Assembly: GCF_026571515.1 (NCBI RefSeq)
Contig: NW_026857641.1
Location: 1 to 64,000 of the forward strand
Length of the DNA stretch: 64,000 nt
Source of the DNA: Ruditapes philippinarum
Taxonomy: Eukaryota
Direction of reading: 5' to 3'
Part shown: in pieces, positions 40,212 to 53,393 of the stretch
How positions within the stretch are numbered: the stretch's first letter is position 1
Layout of the letters: each line of letters begins with the position of its first letter
Translations under genes and position numbers: made by a program
The notes under the pieces: generated by a model
What the model was told of the DNA's origin: nothing
The model's input: only the letters and a program-made list of their open reading frames with translations
Databases searched by the model: none

Positions 40212-40779
40212 TTAATAGTTTCGAATTCACATTTATGCGTCTTAAAAGCACAGTAGTAATTTTGCTTCCATACAAAATACTAAATATCTACAGCTGTACA
40301 ATACTAATTGCCGCTAAGTAATAGACTACGGCAGTGAGTAACTTTAAGTAGGACTTTACAGCTGTAGCAGGACACAAAAATTATAAAGATTTTGAGAGTT
40401 AAAAGTTTAAACATTTCTGGAATCTGGATGTAATAATCTATATAGGGCAACCAGGACCATACAGGTTTCAATAAGTTTCAATAAGTTGATTTAAATCAAA
40501 TAGATTAGAAAAATTAATTAGAATGAAGTAACAGTAATTGCAAGATCTTCTCTGCCGGAGTGATTGTGCGGAAGAAACGACAACAGCACTAGTGATAAAT
40601 ATAACTAAAAATGTACAAAAAGAAAAATAATTGCAATAATCAATGCATATAACAACTTATTCTGATTCTGTGAACAATAGAGAAAAACAGAATCCCTAAA
40701 GAAAGCCCAACACGGCAGAGTTCCCGACTTTTTGATTGAGCCTGTTTGTAGACGATAGTGGTAATTGCAAGCTACCGTC

Positions 40780-41942
40780 CACGCCCCTAGCACCGGCTTA
40801 AGCAGAATTCAACATTTTACATGAACTGGTAAAACTTTGAATTTTGAAAAATCCGCAGGTGTGTTCATACGTCATGTAAATGGCGGACCGGTCATTTTTC
40901 ATTCCATGGACAATGGACGAAGCTAAATAAAATGGAATTGAGGATACAAGGCGCACGCAGATGACAACGATAAACGATAGAGTCTGATTTTATACCAAAC
41001 CCAATTAAATAATTTCTTAGAGTTAGCTCCCTTCTTGCAACAAGAAATACAATTTTAAAACATTTTATCTGTTGAATCAAATTGAATTGCTGTCCTTATT
41101 CAATGATTGTCATCAGTAAAGTGTCACTAGATTTAATACTGCAGATAAGGAGGGAAATCCCTACGTAGCTGAAACCTTCTAAGTGTAAGTTATAAAGCGG
41201 TAAACTTCCTGTTTCATAGTGACCCTGGCCTTGTCTCTAGTGCTAGTTGGACCACAGACGCTTGGGGGACAAATCCTGCCTCCAAACGTGATACGCCCCT
41301 GTAAACACTTATAAAACCTTATTAAATAAACCTTACCGTGACTTTTCCGGTGTAAAGAATTATCTTCTACATGCAATCAGAATAAACATTTATACATCAC
41401 ATTTTAATATGAAAATCAACATTTATTAAAAACCGAAAGTTAATTTTACGTTCTGTGATGAGTTCCTGGCTCTGCGTGGAGTGCTTGTCAAGCTGGTACA
41501 GAAACTGTGTACATGCTCTTGATTACTCGAGCATTCTATCGTCATGTCCTGCGTGTTAGCCGTTTAAAAGACATTTATTTGTAATAAAACTATTACCAAG
41601 ATGCACAGTGTGTTGTTTCCCAAGTTTTTTATTCTATATAATGTACAATGTAAATATTTGAATTTGGCGGTCATATTGGATCTCCTGAAAGCACAGATAT
41701 ATAAACAACGGATAGGAAACTCAAAAATGGACGAGAGTCCAATTCAGACCCACATGCCGAAAGTGACGATTTTGATACAACTTTAGTCGTGAGAGAATTA
41801 TAGTGTTCTAGCTCAAAAAGGGAAACAAGAGCGCAAACATATGCTAGGCTCTGGTCGCGTATTGGTTGGACTGTTTACATTTTTGAGTCTGCAATTTTTT
41901 TACTTTATTGAGACTTGATCTGACCCCCAAGCTTCTGTGAGT
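40780..41942. promoter_or_regulatory. CpG-enriched region, candidate promoter and non-coding first exon of the SRD5A3-like gene
   Basis: CpG-rich relative to flanks; ATTGG boxes (~41676, 41861); TTTGGCGG (~41663); AAATGGCGG (~40878); candidate donor GTGAGT at 41937. The first coding exon starts at an acceptor, so an upstream exon must exist. Confidence 0.4.
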
Positions 41943-43438
41943 TGGACAAGAATGTGTTTCAGAGTCTTACTAAATTATTTAGAAATTAAACTTAATAGTA
42001 ACTGGGATGTTTTATTCATCTGGAAATGGCTTAATAAAATAAGTTTCAAGATAAAGATGGATGCTCACCTGTGATTAAAATTTAATAGTTTTAAATTGAC
42101 AGTTGACAGGGACAGCCCAAGCTAGTAGGGGCTGGGTCTGACCCCGAAGTGTCTGTGGTTTCAGCAAGTTAAAACTCTGGCTTAGGACTCATAATTGTAT
42201 TGGGAGACTACAAACTTTATTCAATATGTACTGTATGGTTTAATTATTGTGAGCACAAGCACCTTTTATTTCCTGTCACTGTATATGTTCAATAGGGATA
42301 ATATTCCCCCACCCTCACTTTAAAAGATTGGTGGAGATTTTCAAGGGGTGCCAATATAGAAAGTGTAATTGCATAAAATTTACCAAAATTAAATATTGTT
42401 TTTGTCATGCAAGGACTGTTTTTTTTTTTTCTAAAGTAAAGAAGGTAGCGAGATTTTTTTTTTCCAAGAAACAGATCAGCGGCCCTCATTTTCAGGTGTA
42501 TTTTGGAGCTAGTCTGTATATGAAAGACCCTGTCTGTTTTGTTTTGTTGTATTACAGGACTTGAAATAATATCCTTCCAACCTGTTTTGTTAAAAAATGG
42601 AATGTTTCATGCAAGGACATATCATTATATTTTCTTTTCCTCTTATCAAGCAGGAAAGTCATTATTTTTGTCTGAAATGGTGATATTGATAGTGACATTG
42701 GGTGATATATGCAGGAGTGACCTGCTCAATTTCTTGAACAGACTTGTCAAGCTTCAATTTTTGGAGCTGTCCACTGTAACTTACAGGGATGTCTTGATGA
42801 AAACGTCAAGTTCCTTAGTGAACAGTGTTACTATAGGGTCTTGTTGGACTGCATAGATCTATCTGCAAGCTGGCCTGGCTGTGTACTGGTTGTAGAGGCT
42901 TATTACTTTCAGTTCCAGCCGGTTAAAGATTTAATTAAATTTACAAGCATGTTCGGATTGTAACTAAGCAATTTTTATTGAAAAATAGGAATTTTTCTTT
43001 AATTAGAGAAAATCTTCTTTTTTGCTGTTTGACCAGTGCTAATTCAGACCACTGGACTTTAATTACATGTCCCAAGATAAGTTAGTACCTGTTAAAGAAA
43101 ATAATTACAATAATGATAACTTTAATGAGATATACCAGTCAATTATTATATTAAAACCAAACCTCTCATGGAGGATAAGTGAAGAAATGTTATAAACTTC
43201 TGACTCAGTTCTGTTCGACCCCACACTGCCAGGTCAAACTTTGGTGCTAATCAAAAATGATATTTTTCAGTTGATTGGGGTGTGTGTGGGGGGGGGGGGG
43301 GGCGTTTCAATATGAATTAAACTAATATGAACACCCAACTGTATAAAGAATCGTCATTAATAAGTCACAAGTCATTTATCACTGTTACATTCTAATAGTT
43401 AATGAATATTCATATGAATTTTGATAAAAAAAATGCAG

Positions 43439-44090
43439 TTTTATTAGCTCACCTGTCACAAAATGACATGGTGAGCTTTTTTGAACGCTTTTCGTCCTGT
43501 GTCCGTCCGTCCATTGTCCACCTGTTGTCCATTACTTTTACATAAAACAACATCTCATAAACCGCTGAGCAAATGTCATCCAAACTTCACAGGAATTTCC
43601 CTTTGGCGATCACCTTTAAAAATTGTTCATAGAATTTAATTCCATGCAGAACTCTGGTTGCCTTGTCTACCAAGTTTGTTCAAATGAAAGCCTTGGGATC
43701 AAAATTGGCCCTGCCCCAGGTGGTCATTGATTTTCCTTATATGTCTATGAAAAAAACTTAAAAAGTCTTATTTTCAAAAACATCTTCTAATGGATGTCTA
43801 GTTGTCTACCAAGTTTGTTCAAATAAAAGCCCTGGGGTCAAAATTAGCCCCTCCCCAGGGGGTCATTTATTTTCTTTATATGTATATTTTAAAAATGAAA
43901 AAATCTTCTTTAAAAAAACCCCAAAGAGTTAGAGCTTAGATATTTAGTGTTAAACATCTTCTAATAAGTTTCTACCAAGATTTTTCAAATAAAATTCATG
44001 GGGTCAAAATTGGCCCCGCTCAAGGGGTCATTGATTTTCCTTATATGTCTATATACAAACTAAAACAATCTTCTTTTAAAAAACCCAAGT
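43439..44090 (+). mobile_element. HINE/pearl-like element with three tandem core repeats
   Basis: Terminal hairpin AGCTCACCTGTCACAAAATGACATGGTGAGCT, (GTCC)n, and three units containing GG(G/A)TCAAAATT(G/A)GCCC..GGTCATT. Confidence 0.8.
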
Positions 44091-46039
44091 GATCATTTAA
44101 ATTTTCTGTTTGTGAAACATTATTTATTATTTTGTGTCATTTAATAATACTGTTATGAGTTGAAAACTTTTTTGCCCCTGTAAATGATGCATGTGATGGT
44201 TGCTAGGAATATTTTTCAACCAGTCAAGCTGTAATTTTATCAGAATATATAACTTTGTTTCAGTTAAAGACTAAGAAAAGCAAACAAAATCAATATAAAT
44301 TTAATGTTAAAAAAAAACAACCTCAATTGATCGTTTTTTACCTTGGGGATTTTCTTTTAGAGATAAAATGATAAAAAATGTCAGCATACAGTACAGATTT
44401 GTTTTTATCATAAAGCTTTAAGTAGCAATCAATATAAAACAGAGCTTTTTTCTCATATCGTCATTCAAGTGTGTGTGTTTCAAGGTTGATTTATTACTGA
44501 TAATTGTTTAAATAGTAAACTATGCTTTACTGAAGATATATACATATATATACATCACAGTACCGGTACACATACATCATTTACTGGTGTTTAATATTCA
44601 GTAGAGGATTTAAAAGCATACAGGTAGTTTATATTTTGTCTACTTTATCATTAAACAGGTTTATATTTCAAAGTTTCATTTTTGGCATAGGGAAAAACAG
44701 GTCAGGGAAGACTTTATTTACTTTTTGTAACATTCTTATTCAAGCAACTTAAATGATGTACATGCACATAATATTACATTGATAGCAAATAAATTGTTTA
44801 ATAAAGATGGGTTCATAATGAAGCTTTATGGTGAAATTAAAGAGATTGATTTATGGTTACACATTTAATATCAGGATTTATTGACAATAGTTTATGATAA
44901 TACTCTTCATAAAAGGAGGTAGTGATATCGGAATCAGTGTGCACTTGATTCACATTGTAGGTAAAAACTGGAAAATTAGAAATATTTTCATTTATGTAAA
45001 TGAATGTATTTAACCAGTGCTAAGATTGATTACAGGATGTTATATTATGTGTATCTGTAGCCAGTGTATAGGTATTTATTGCATTTAAAGATATTTTAGT
45101 CAGATCTTAATCTTAGCCAATGAGGGAGATGACTCTGAAATCCCTCCCTTAAAACCCACTTGTTCCAAAGCTGTATAGTTGTGAAAACTTCCTGTCCATC
45201 TGCAAATTATTTTTCCCATACAATTCTACATATATCATAATTTCAGCTAGCTAATAAATGCAACAACTTTCATCTGAGTTATATATATGCATCATAATTA
45301 AACAGTTACTGACCTATTTTCCTGTTGTTAAACATTTCATTGCCACAAAAAATATGTCATGAAATGAATGATAAAATATAACCAATTATGTATTTTGAAG
45401 AAACCAAAGAACTAAAATAATGATATTTTGCTTTTTTTTTCAATGTAAATAGGATGTGCTTGTAGGTAGGTTTCCTATAGTAAAGTAAAGTAAAGTAAAT
45501 TTTTATGGATGATTGAAAAGTGATTGTGATTGAAAGCTGGCAGTATATGGATATATGTAGATATATGTCATATCAGATCATTTATCCCCATTCATATGTA
45601 ATTTGTCAAATATAATGCTAAATTCTGTAAATAAATCTTGCTAAACATTTCACAGATCATCCATTATACACCAATTCACTTAAAGCCTATTTGAGGACAA
45701 TTATTTAAAATTCAAAATTGCAGCCATTTTGTTAAAATGATGGAGTACTAGATAACCTTAGTTTATTATTGCTATGTGTACATGAATATCTATATTCATA
45801 GACTGTGCATACATATGCATATGTTAGTTGACATGATGATAAATTTGTTTACAATTGTTATCTGTCAAGGATTTTCTTGTAGGGTTTTTGTTACCAACAA
45901 TGCACTTCTTACTCTGTTATAATGATCAGTGTGATATCTTGATATAAAACTGTTGAATGTTTTACATAATGACACTTTCAGGAAATTACATACACTAATT
46001 TTATATCTGCTAAACTCTTCCCCTCCTCTCATTGGATAA

Positions 46040-46330
46040 TGGCTAACAGCCTAACACTTTGTTAAGAACTGCTAACTCTTCTCTGTCTACATATTATCAA
46101 AAACTGCTAGCTCCTTCCCACCTGTTATATTAGAACTGCTGACTTCCCCTGCCTGTTTTCAAGAAATGCTGACTTTTCCCACCTGTTTTTAAGAACTTCT
46201 GATTATCCTTACCTGTAATCAAGAACTGCTGACTCTCCCCTCCTGTCTTTAAAGACATCAGAATTCTTTTTCCTATTATCGACAACAACTGCGTAATCTT
46301 CCGTAACCAATATCAAGAACTTCTAATTCT
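46040..46330. repeat. Degenerate ~30-bp minisatellite
   Basis: Repeated 'aagaactgctgactct.ccc.cctgt'. Confidence 0.65.
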
Positions 46331-46854
46331 TTAAATGCTGAAACTTCTAGTGCTCATCTTTAGCCGCCAGTATACAGCCAGACCAGCATGTCCTAAACTT
46401 TTGGCCAAATTGTTATCAGTATATAATATAATTGGAAATAGACAGTTGGACAAGTACGTTCAGAGGAATACAGCATGTTAAAGGCAAATTTGTACATTAT
46501 AGTACATGACTGTATATAAACATGTAAAAAATCAGTAATATAACTGCTTCTTCATAGGTAATTTACCTGTATAGTACCTTGTTTGTTTCATAACAAGAAA
46601 TTCATGTTTGTTTTAATTTGCCAAAAAAATGTTGTAGGAGGAAATACTTGTATACCACCATTCAGAAAGTATAATTATTTTGTAAATGCGATAGGCCTAC
46701 TATACCTAGCTGAACTCAGTAAAAATAAAGTTCAGTGTATTTCATTACCATATTTGCATGATAAATTTGTAATGAACAAAGTATTCCTTTCTATCTGGTT
46801 ATCTATCATTATCTTTAATTTACAGACAGTGAATACAAGTGAATACCAAGCACC

Positions 46855-47018
46855 ATGTTTGACTTGCCAGCCCATATAGGCACCATGTCGGGCCTGGGCC
46901 TGCTGTGGACGTCCTTATCTGGAGTGTATGTTTTGAAGGGAATGTACCAAACTGTTGCAGGCTCGAGCACCAGTCGTGATTTTGATGGTGAGAAAGGAAT
47001 ATTGAGATTCAACAAAAG
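46855..47018 (+). CDS. SRD5A3: SRD5A3/polyprenol(al) reductase-like, coding exon 1
   Basis: Acceptor TTTACAG ends at 46825; in-frame upstream TGA; ACCATG start; MFDLPAHIGTMSGLGLLWTSLSG...ILRFNK-AG|GTAACC (phase 2). Confidence 0.8.
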
Positions 47019-47293
47019 GTAACCATGTTTTTTTTTTCATTTAAAGTTTTCTTAATTTATTCATTATATTCAATATTTATTTAGCTCTTCCCTACACAGA
47101 TGACATATAGAGATCTAAAAGTTGACTCAGTTTCCATCACGTGTTTTGTTTACCTGTTTTGACAGTTTTTCTTGTTTTGCAAGATTTTTATCTTGTTCTC
47201 AAATTAGCACCCTGTGAGTGTTTATGAAAAATAGGAAAAAAGTGCCAAAATATTTATCAAAATAAAACATTGCCTTTCTTGAGTTTCTTGATA

Positions 47294-47470
47294 AGATTTT
47301 TTTAAATCAGTATGGTAGAAATAAGGCAAGATTTTTTTTAATCAGTATGGTAGGAATAAGGCAAGATTTTTTTTAAATCAGTATGGTAGGAATAAGGCAA
47401 GATTTTTTTTTAAATCAGTATGGTAGGAATAAGGCAAGATTTTCTTAAATCAGTATGGTAGGACTAAGGC
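47294..47470. repeat. 34-35 bp tandem repeat x5 in intron
   Basis: AAGATTTTTTTTAAATCAGTATGGTAGGAATAAGGC units. Confidence 0.95.
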
Positions 47471-47585
47471 TTCAGGTACAATTAGGTTTAAGATTTGATA
47501 TCTAAATGAAAACAAAATCATACAGAAAGATCTAAATTTGTCAAGAAGTTCAGGAACATACAGTGTATTTCTCTCAAATTTTCAG

Positions 47586-47731
47586 ACCAATAAGACGACT
47601 GTTCCTTGAGCTAGGCATGAATGGTGCAATATGTATAGCTGTATATAACTCATACTGGTTTGGAATCACAAACTTTGGTTGGCTACAACGTTTTGTTGAC
47701 AGAGTATCAAACCCTGGTCTAGTTACTGCAG
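47586..47731 (+). CDS. SRD5A3: SRD5A3-like coding exon 2
   Basis: TTTTCAG|..|GTAAGC; phase 2 to 1; RPIRRLFLELGMNGAICIAVYNSYWFG...VTA. Confidence 0.85.
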
Positions 47732-48267
47732 GTAAGCCTATGATTGAAGGCTGTAGCAATAGCCTGGCATGCTTTTTGCCAGTTTTTTTCCATTTTTAAA
47801 GTGGAGGGGCATAAATATTTGCTGTTGTCTGTCCATCTTGCAGTCCCGTCTGTATACTGACAAAACGGTGGACAGCAACATAGGTGTTGTGTGTCTTATA
47901 GACATGTTTCTAGTTTAAAGTTTCAAGAGAATGATAAATTTAAATATCTTTAAATAAAACATGTAGAAGAAATTCCACATAATGTCTGGAACAAACAGTT
48001 TTCTCATAGTTTTTTTTTTTCATTATCCAAAAACTTAAATTTTGCTACCTTTATAGTAAAAGTTTCCTTCATTTAGCTGCCAGCAATACCATTTCAAAAA
48101 CATCAAATTATTTCTCTTGTTTATCAGATGAATCCAAATGCTTTTTACCCCTAGCATTGCTGGAGATCAATGTGATCAGCCCATGCCACAATCTGACTTA
48201 AGTTCAGATCTACCTATTTCTTATATGTAGATCTGATGACGACTGTATATGTTACACCTTCTTTATA

Positions 48268-48983
48268 CAGTAAAAACCCTCAATTAAGACCACCATCGGG
48301 ACTGGGCCAAAGTGGTCTTAATTGCGGGGTGGTCTTAATTGTGGGTATTCTTATCATTGTTTACACACGTCATGACCAGGGCCTATTTAAGTTATTTTGT
48401 ATGAACAAACAATACATGTATCTTAACCTGCAAATACAATATGAAGGTATGTTATAATGTTACATCTGATGGGAAGAAAACATATTTCTGAAGAAATTTA
48501 ATATCAAATTTTCTTTGTTCTGATTTCAATAGTAATTATTGTATAATGTACATTATTCACATATCATATCAGGCATTATTTCTTCACAAAACAAATGTGC
48601 ATAAAGCAACATTAAACCACTATGAAATTAACATTCTCACCTTTTTTCATTAAATATCCCATAAATAACAGTTTTTGACACCTTGTGTAATCAAGTGTCA
48701 TGCCTAAGAGCAATCAAGCAGATAATAACAACATAACAACACATTTAAGATCTAGGAAGGTGTTGATTTTAATATCAGTGGTCTCAATAGTGAGGTCAAA
48801 TAAAGAACAAAATAATGAATTGGGACTGAATTTGGTGGTCTTAAAAGTGGATAAGTGAGGTGGTCTTAATTCTGGATCATTTTACCATTGACATAAAGAA
48901 CAGAAAATTCCGTTCTTTTAAAAACTGGTCTTAAAAGCGGGGTGGTCTTAAATCCGAGGTGGTCTTTAGTAGGGATTCTACTG
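48268..48983. mobile_element. Tc1/mariner (pogo/Tigger-like) MITE
   Basis: TA TSD; TIR CAGTA(A/G)AA(A/T)CCCT; multiple GTGGTCTTAA subterminal motifs. Confidence 0.85.
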
Positions 48984-49449
48984 TAATTTGGATTACCAGA
49001 GAAAGCTATTTTTAGCCATGCATTCAAACCAGTTTTTTCAAAGGCAATAGAAGTATCAAAATACCGTTATCCGTGGAAGTTAAACAAATTGTTGATTTGT
49101 ATTAGTAAAAAAAATGTTTGAATTAAACATGAAAAAATAGAGTCACTTTTTTATGGGCAATATTGTTCTGCCAGTTAACCTGCCAGCCATGTTTGTTTTC
49201 GAAATCGTGAAAATTACCTACTCAGTATTGTTTTTCCCAGGGTTAAAATTAGAAACCATATGGCTTTCAAAATAATGAAAGCTCCCCGAGCTTTGTATTT
49301 ATGTGGAGCATTATTTAGAGCTAATTTTAATCAGATTGCCAGTGCATGACTGACTAACATTTAACTTTGTTGATATAACAAATATAACTGTCAATAATTT
49401 AGAACAGCTTTAAACTCAACAAAATAATATGATTTTTGTTATATTTCAG

Positions 49450-49647
49450 ATGAATTATCTGTAGTTGTTGGAAGTAGTCTCCTGTTTGCACGCACATGCG
49501 TTAAATGGTATCAGAGTGTCTATATTAATGTATTTAGTACAACAACAACACTTGGACTTGTAGACTGGTTAGCTCCTCATATATACTCACTGTGCGCTGG
49601 TCTCACAATCCTAGCCGAGGCTCCAGCTTTAGATGGCACTGGAAGAG
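49450..49647 (+). CDS. SRD5A3: SRD5A3-like coding exon 3
   Basis: TTTCAG|..|GTCAGT; DELSVVVGSSLLFARTCVKWYQSVYINVFS...AGLTILAEAPALDG aligns to human ..RRLFECLYVSVFS...VGLTVLSQVPMDG. Confidence 0.9.
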
Positions 49648-50025
49648 GTCAGTTAGTTCTGTTAAATTGATCAGATTTTAGATCAAATATTCAAAAAATA
49701 ATGAAAGTCATTGTACTCACATCACCGTCAAGGTCACACTTTGGTTAAAATTGTGTGTGTAAATTTGTATATCCAAAACTATTGAAAGAAATGGGTTGAA
49801 ACTTTCAAAGCATAATAGGTCACTGTCCAATGTCCAAAACTCTTTAACTTGGATTTTGACAGAATAATGGCTTTCTTTGAATATAGAAAATTCTACATTA
49901 TCTAGACTTTTGTTCTATGCCAGGCACTGAAAATAGTCGAAAATTCTACATTATCCAGGCTCTTGTTTTATTATCAAGCACTGAGAATAGTCTAGCACAC
50001 TGTCCTACTGACAGCTTTTATTTAA

Positions 50026-50573
50026 CCCTTTCCCTCATGAGCATATTGTGAAAAATGGCCGTTTTTACTGAAAAGCCTCCTGTTACAAGTTCAAACTGCT
50101 ATGAAACTATGAAAAATGCTTCAATACTAATCAAACTTGGCACAAATGTTGACTGGACCATTGCCTTTGTAACAACATGCTCAGTCTTAAATTTCCTGTT
50201 ACCATGGCATTGACTCGATTTTTTCCATCAAAATTTATTTCAAAGTGCTGCAACTTCTCAAGGGATCGAGATAGAGTCAAAGGCTTTTCAGCGTTGGTTA
50301 CACGTAACCTTATAATCAACCTGGGGTCATTTTTAGCCTCTCACATGTCAAAAATTTTCATCCCCCTTCTGGCAACCCCCCGATGTATCTTTTGGATGGG
50401 GGGGGGGGGGGGGGCGCGGCGCCAAAAAAGTGCTCACTTTTTTTAGCAACATTTCTCAAACGAAAACATGTGTTTGGGGCCCAAATAGGACATTTTTTCA
50501 CTATTTCAGGCCTAAAAAAGGGGGGGGGGGGGGGTAGAAAGTGCGTTGTTTCGCGTATATATGAGGTAAAGGG
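50026..50573. mobile_element. piggyBac-type MITE
   Basis: TTAA TSD (50022-50025 and 50574-50577); TIR CCCTTT(C/A)CCTCAT. Confidence 0.85.
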
Positions 50574-51559
50574 TTAATAGAACATTTTTTAAGTCACATA
50601 GGGTATGTTTCGCCTTGCTGGTAGATATTTTTTTATAAAGAAAAGTGAGGTGTTTGTTGTGGTTGTGAGCAGTATAATCATTAATTAATAGGACTTTATT
50701 TCACTTTTATCTACTTTTCTATCTATTTAAAGTGATGAGGCATGATGAAGCAAAAAAAACGACAAAAAAAAACAAAAAAAATTACCTACCGGTAATTACC
50801 GGATACATACAAAAGTTTGATATATAACTATTGAATGTAAATCATGCAATGATCTTATATAAGAATAATTGTCGAAGGAAAGAAATTTACTTAGGTGTTA
50901 TGCTTTGTATTTTCATAATTATTACACTGGTTTTTATTTTCAAGTTAAATGTTTCACAGTAAGAAAAGTAATTGATAAATGGAGTTTATATTGTTAAAAT
51001 TGTATTTACCTATGATCCAATAAGTAGTATGCTCCACTACTCAGTGCTAGATAGATAATTTAGTATTAAAATTAATGAACATAAACAAAAACTCTACCAA
51101 AAATGATTAACCAATGCTTATGAGTGGTTCATGACAATACATGTTGCTCATTTTGTGGGAATTAGAGAAATAATCTTATATAAAATCTTTTTTTTTTTAG
51201 AAAATTTTAAAATATGTATGCAGTTTGACCAGGCTTTACAACACAATGGTCTGGCCACATTCAAATTTTCATTTCAGTATTTCCATAATCATATTGATAT
51301 AAATGATAATGAGCTATTTAAAAAATGAAAACTGGAAAAGACTTTTAAATAAATTCAGCAAGATAAAGGTTACATTTCACAATACCATAATTTTATATAC
51401 ATGTAATATTTATTGTGAGGGCTTTACAATATGTTTGCCTGACCAACCAACTTCAAATTTTCATCTTGTTAAGTCCATAGTTAGTGGGCAGTTACAAAGA
51501 TGGAATCTGCACAAGTCCATTTAATAAATTCAGCAGAGGAAGGCTGGACTTTCACAATA

Positions 51560-51800
51560 ATGAGCCGCGTCACGACAAAACCAACATAGTGTGTTTGCGA
51601 CCAACATGGATGCAGACCAGCCTGCGCATCTGCACAGTCTGATCAGGATCCATGCTGTACGCTTACCAACCCTATTAAAAGTAGAGAAACTGATAGGGAA
51701 CAGCATGGATCCTGATCAGAGTGCGCGCCGATGCGCAGGCTGGTCTGGATCCATGCTTGTCGCAAACTCACTATGTTGGTTTTGTCATGACACGGCTCAT
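51560..51800. mobile_element. Foldback MITE family A, full-length copy
   Basis: ~100-bp inverted arms around a short spacer; ends 66 bp upstream of coding exon 4. Confidence 0.92.
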
Positions 51801-51866
51801 ATTATGATTGGTGCTTACTGTACTTGTAAAATACAACTTGTGAAGTATTGTTGTATATGTTTACAG

Positions 51867-51989
51867 GTTGGTTCCACTGGTCAGATTTCAGTTGGCACCA
51901 TCTAGCAGGTGTGGCAGCATTTGCTTTGATATCACACTTTGACTACAAACTGCAGTACCAGCTGGCGAAATTCAGGAAAAATAGGGCAG
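51867..51989 (+). CDS. SRD5A3: SRD5A3-like coding exon 4
   Basis: TTTACAG|..|GTAAGA; WHHLAGVAAFALISHFDYKLQYQLAKFRKNRAG aligns to human [33 protein letters not shown]. Confidence 0.92.
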
Positions 51990-52924
51990 GTAAGAAGGCA
52001 TGATTGAGGGTCAAGGTCAATTTTCAAACATTTTGTGCCTGTTTTGTTTGCTCACATAGCTTAATAAGGAGATGATTGGATTAGTAGCTATGGATGCTGG
52101 TTTAATCCTTGGAAGGTGTAGGTTCTGTGTGACAATTGATGTCTGACATCGAGTCTAATGATCATGTTAAAACTGATTCAGAAATTATGAGGGATAAGTA
52201 ATACGTTACTTGTTGAGAAGTTGTGAAATTTTTACAGGTCAGTTATTTGCGTAAAAAAAGAAATCAAACAAACTTTATTTCTTTTATTTTAATCACAGCC
52301 CTAAAACTGATTTCCGCTCTTTAAAAGCCATCATATTCACACCTATATAATAGGTATTAGCAAGGTTTAAGATGTCAGCCATTTATGTAAGCAATATGCT
52401 CAATTTCTTTAACCTTAAACTTGATGGAACCAACAGTAATTAACCTTTTCCATGTTTTATTTATTTATGTTTTACTTTATTTGATCTATATTGGTGGGAA
52501 AGGCTTAACACTTTTGGTTCCAGTTACAGCAGAATACATCCAAATTTTGATGATTTTTTTATGAAAACTTAAAACTTGTTTTAATGTCAGAGTAAAAATG
52601 TTGATGAGTGTGCAGATGTGATAAAAGCTAGCAAATTTATAAATGTAGTATACTCAGTGATTTATGAGGTGAAATTTTAGTAATAAAAAAAGAAAATGTC
52701 ATATTTTGCATAGTATTACATTCAGCTGGATTGGAAACACTTTGCTGAAACTAAAAGTATATTTTTTTTAAGTTTTATATTTAGAAGATTTATTTAACTT
52801 GCATAGTGGTGTATTGCTTTACGTGCTGTATTTAAAAATTTTAAGATTGTGTATATATATCAGAAATTATTCATATTGTGAGTAGTGTATTATTTAAAGT
52901 GATGTAATTATTGTTGATTACCAG

Positions 52925-53026
52925 GCCATGTGGTGAGCGAGGATCATAAACTACCAAAAGGAGGAATGTTTGAATATGTGTCATGCCCACAACTCCTCAA
53001 TGAAATTCTCATACATGGAGCCATCG
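52925..53026 (+). CDS. SRD5A3: SRD5A3-like coding exon 5
   Basis: CCAG|..|GTAAGT; HKLPKGGMFEYVSCPQLLNEILIH matches the steroid 5-alpha-reductase motif H.IP.G..FEYVS.P....E. Confidence 0.95.
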
Positions 53027-53235
53027 GTAAGTTTTGTTTATAATACACCTTTATTATTATTATTGTAATTTAATTCCAAGTTAAGAATATGGAAACTAAT
53101 TATATTTTAGATGTTCTTGTCCTTTTTACGGTAATCATTATCTCTTCCCAAACTGCAAGTATTTTTAAAAAATATCTTTTTCTAACATTAGGTACAAAAA
53201 GATATTTATTTTCTTTATTTTTTTCATTATATCAG

Positions 53236-53393
53236 GTGTAGCGCTAGGCTTCAAGCACCAGGCCTGGTGGTTGTGTACTGGCTATGTTACCATGAGTCAT
53301 CTGGTTCGAGCCCTAGGGCGTCAACAATGGTACCGCAAGAAGTTTGAATCCTACCCTCCAAGCAGAAAGGCTATTATCCCATTCTTATTATAA
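53236..53393 (+). CDS. SRD5A3: SRD5A3-like coding exon 6 (stop)
   Basis: ATCAG|; GFKHQAWWL...QQWYRKKFESYPPSRKAIIPFLL* matches the family C-terminus Y..KF..YP..RKA..PF. Spliced CDS is 891 nt / 296 aa. Confidence 0.95.
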
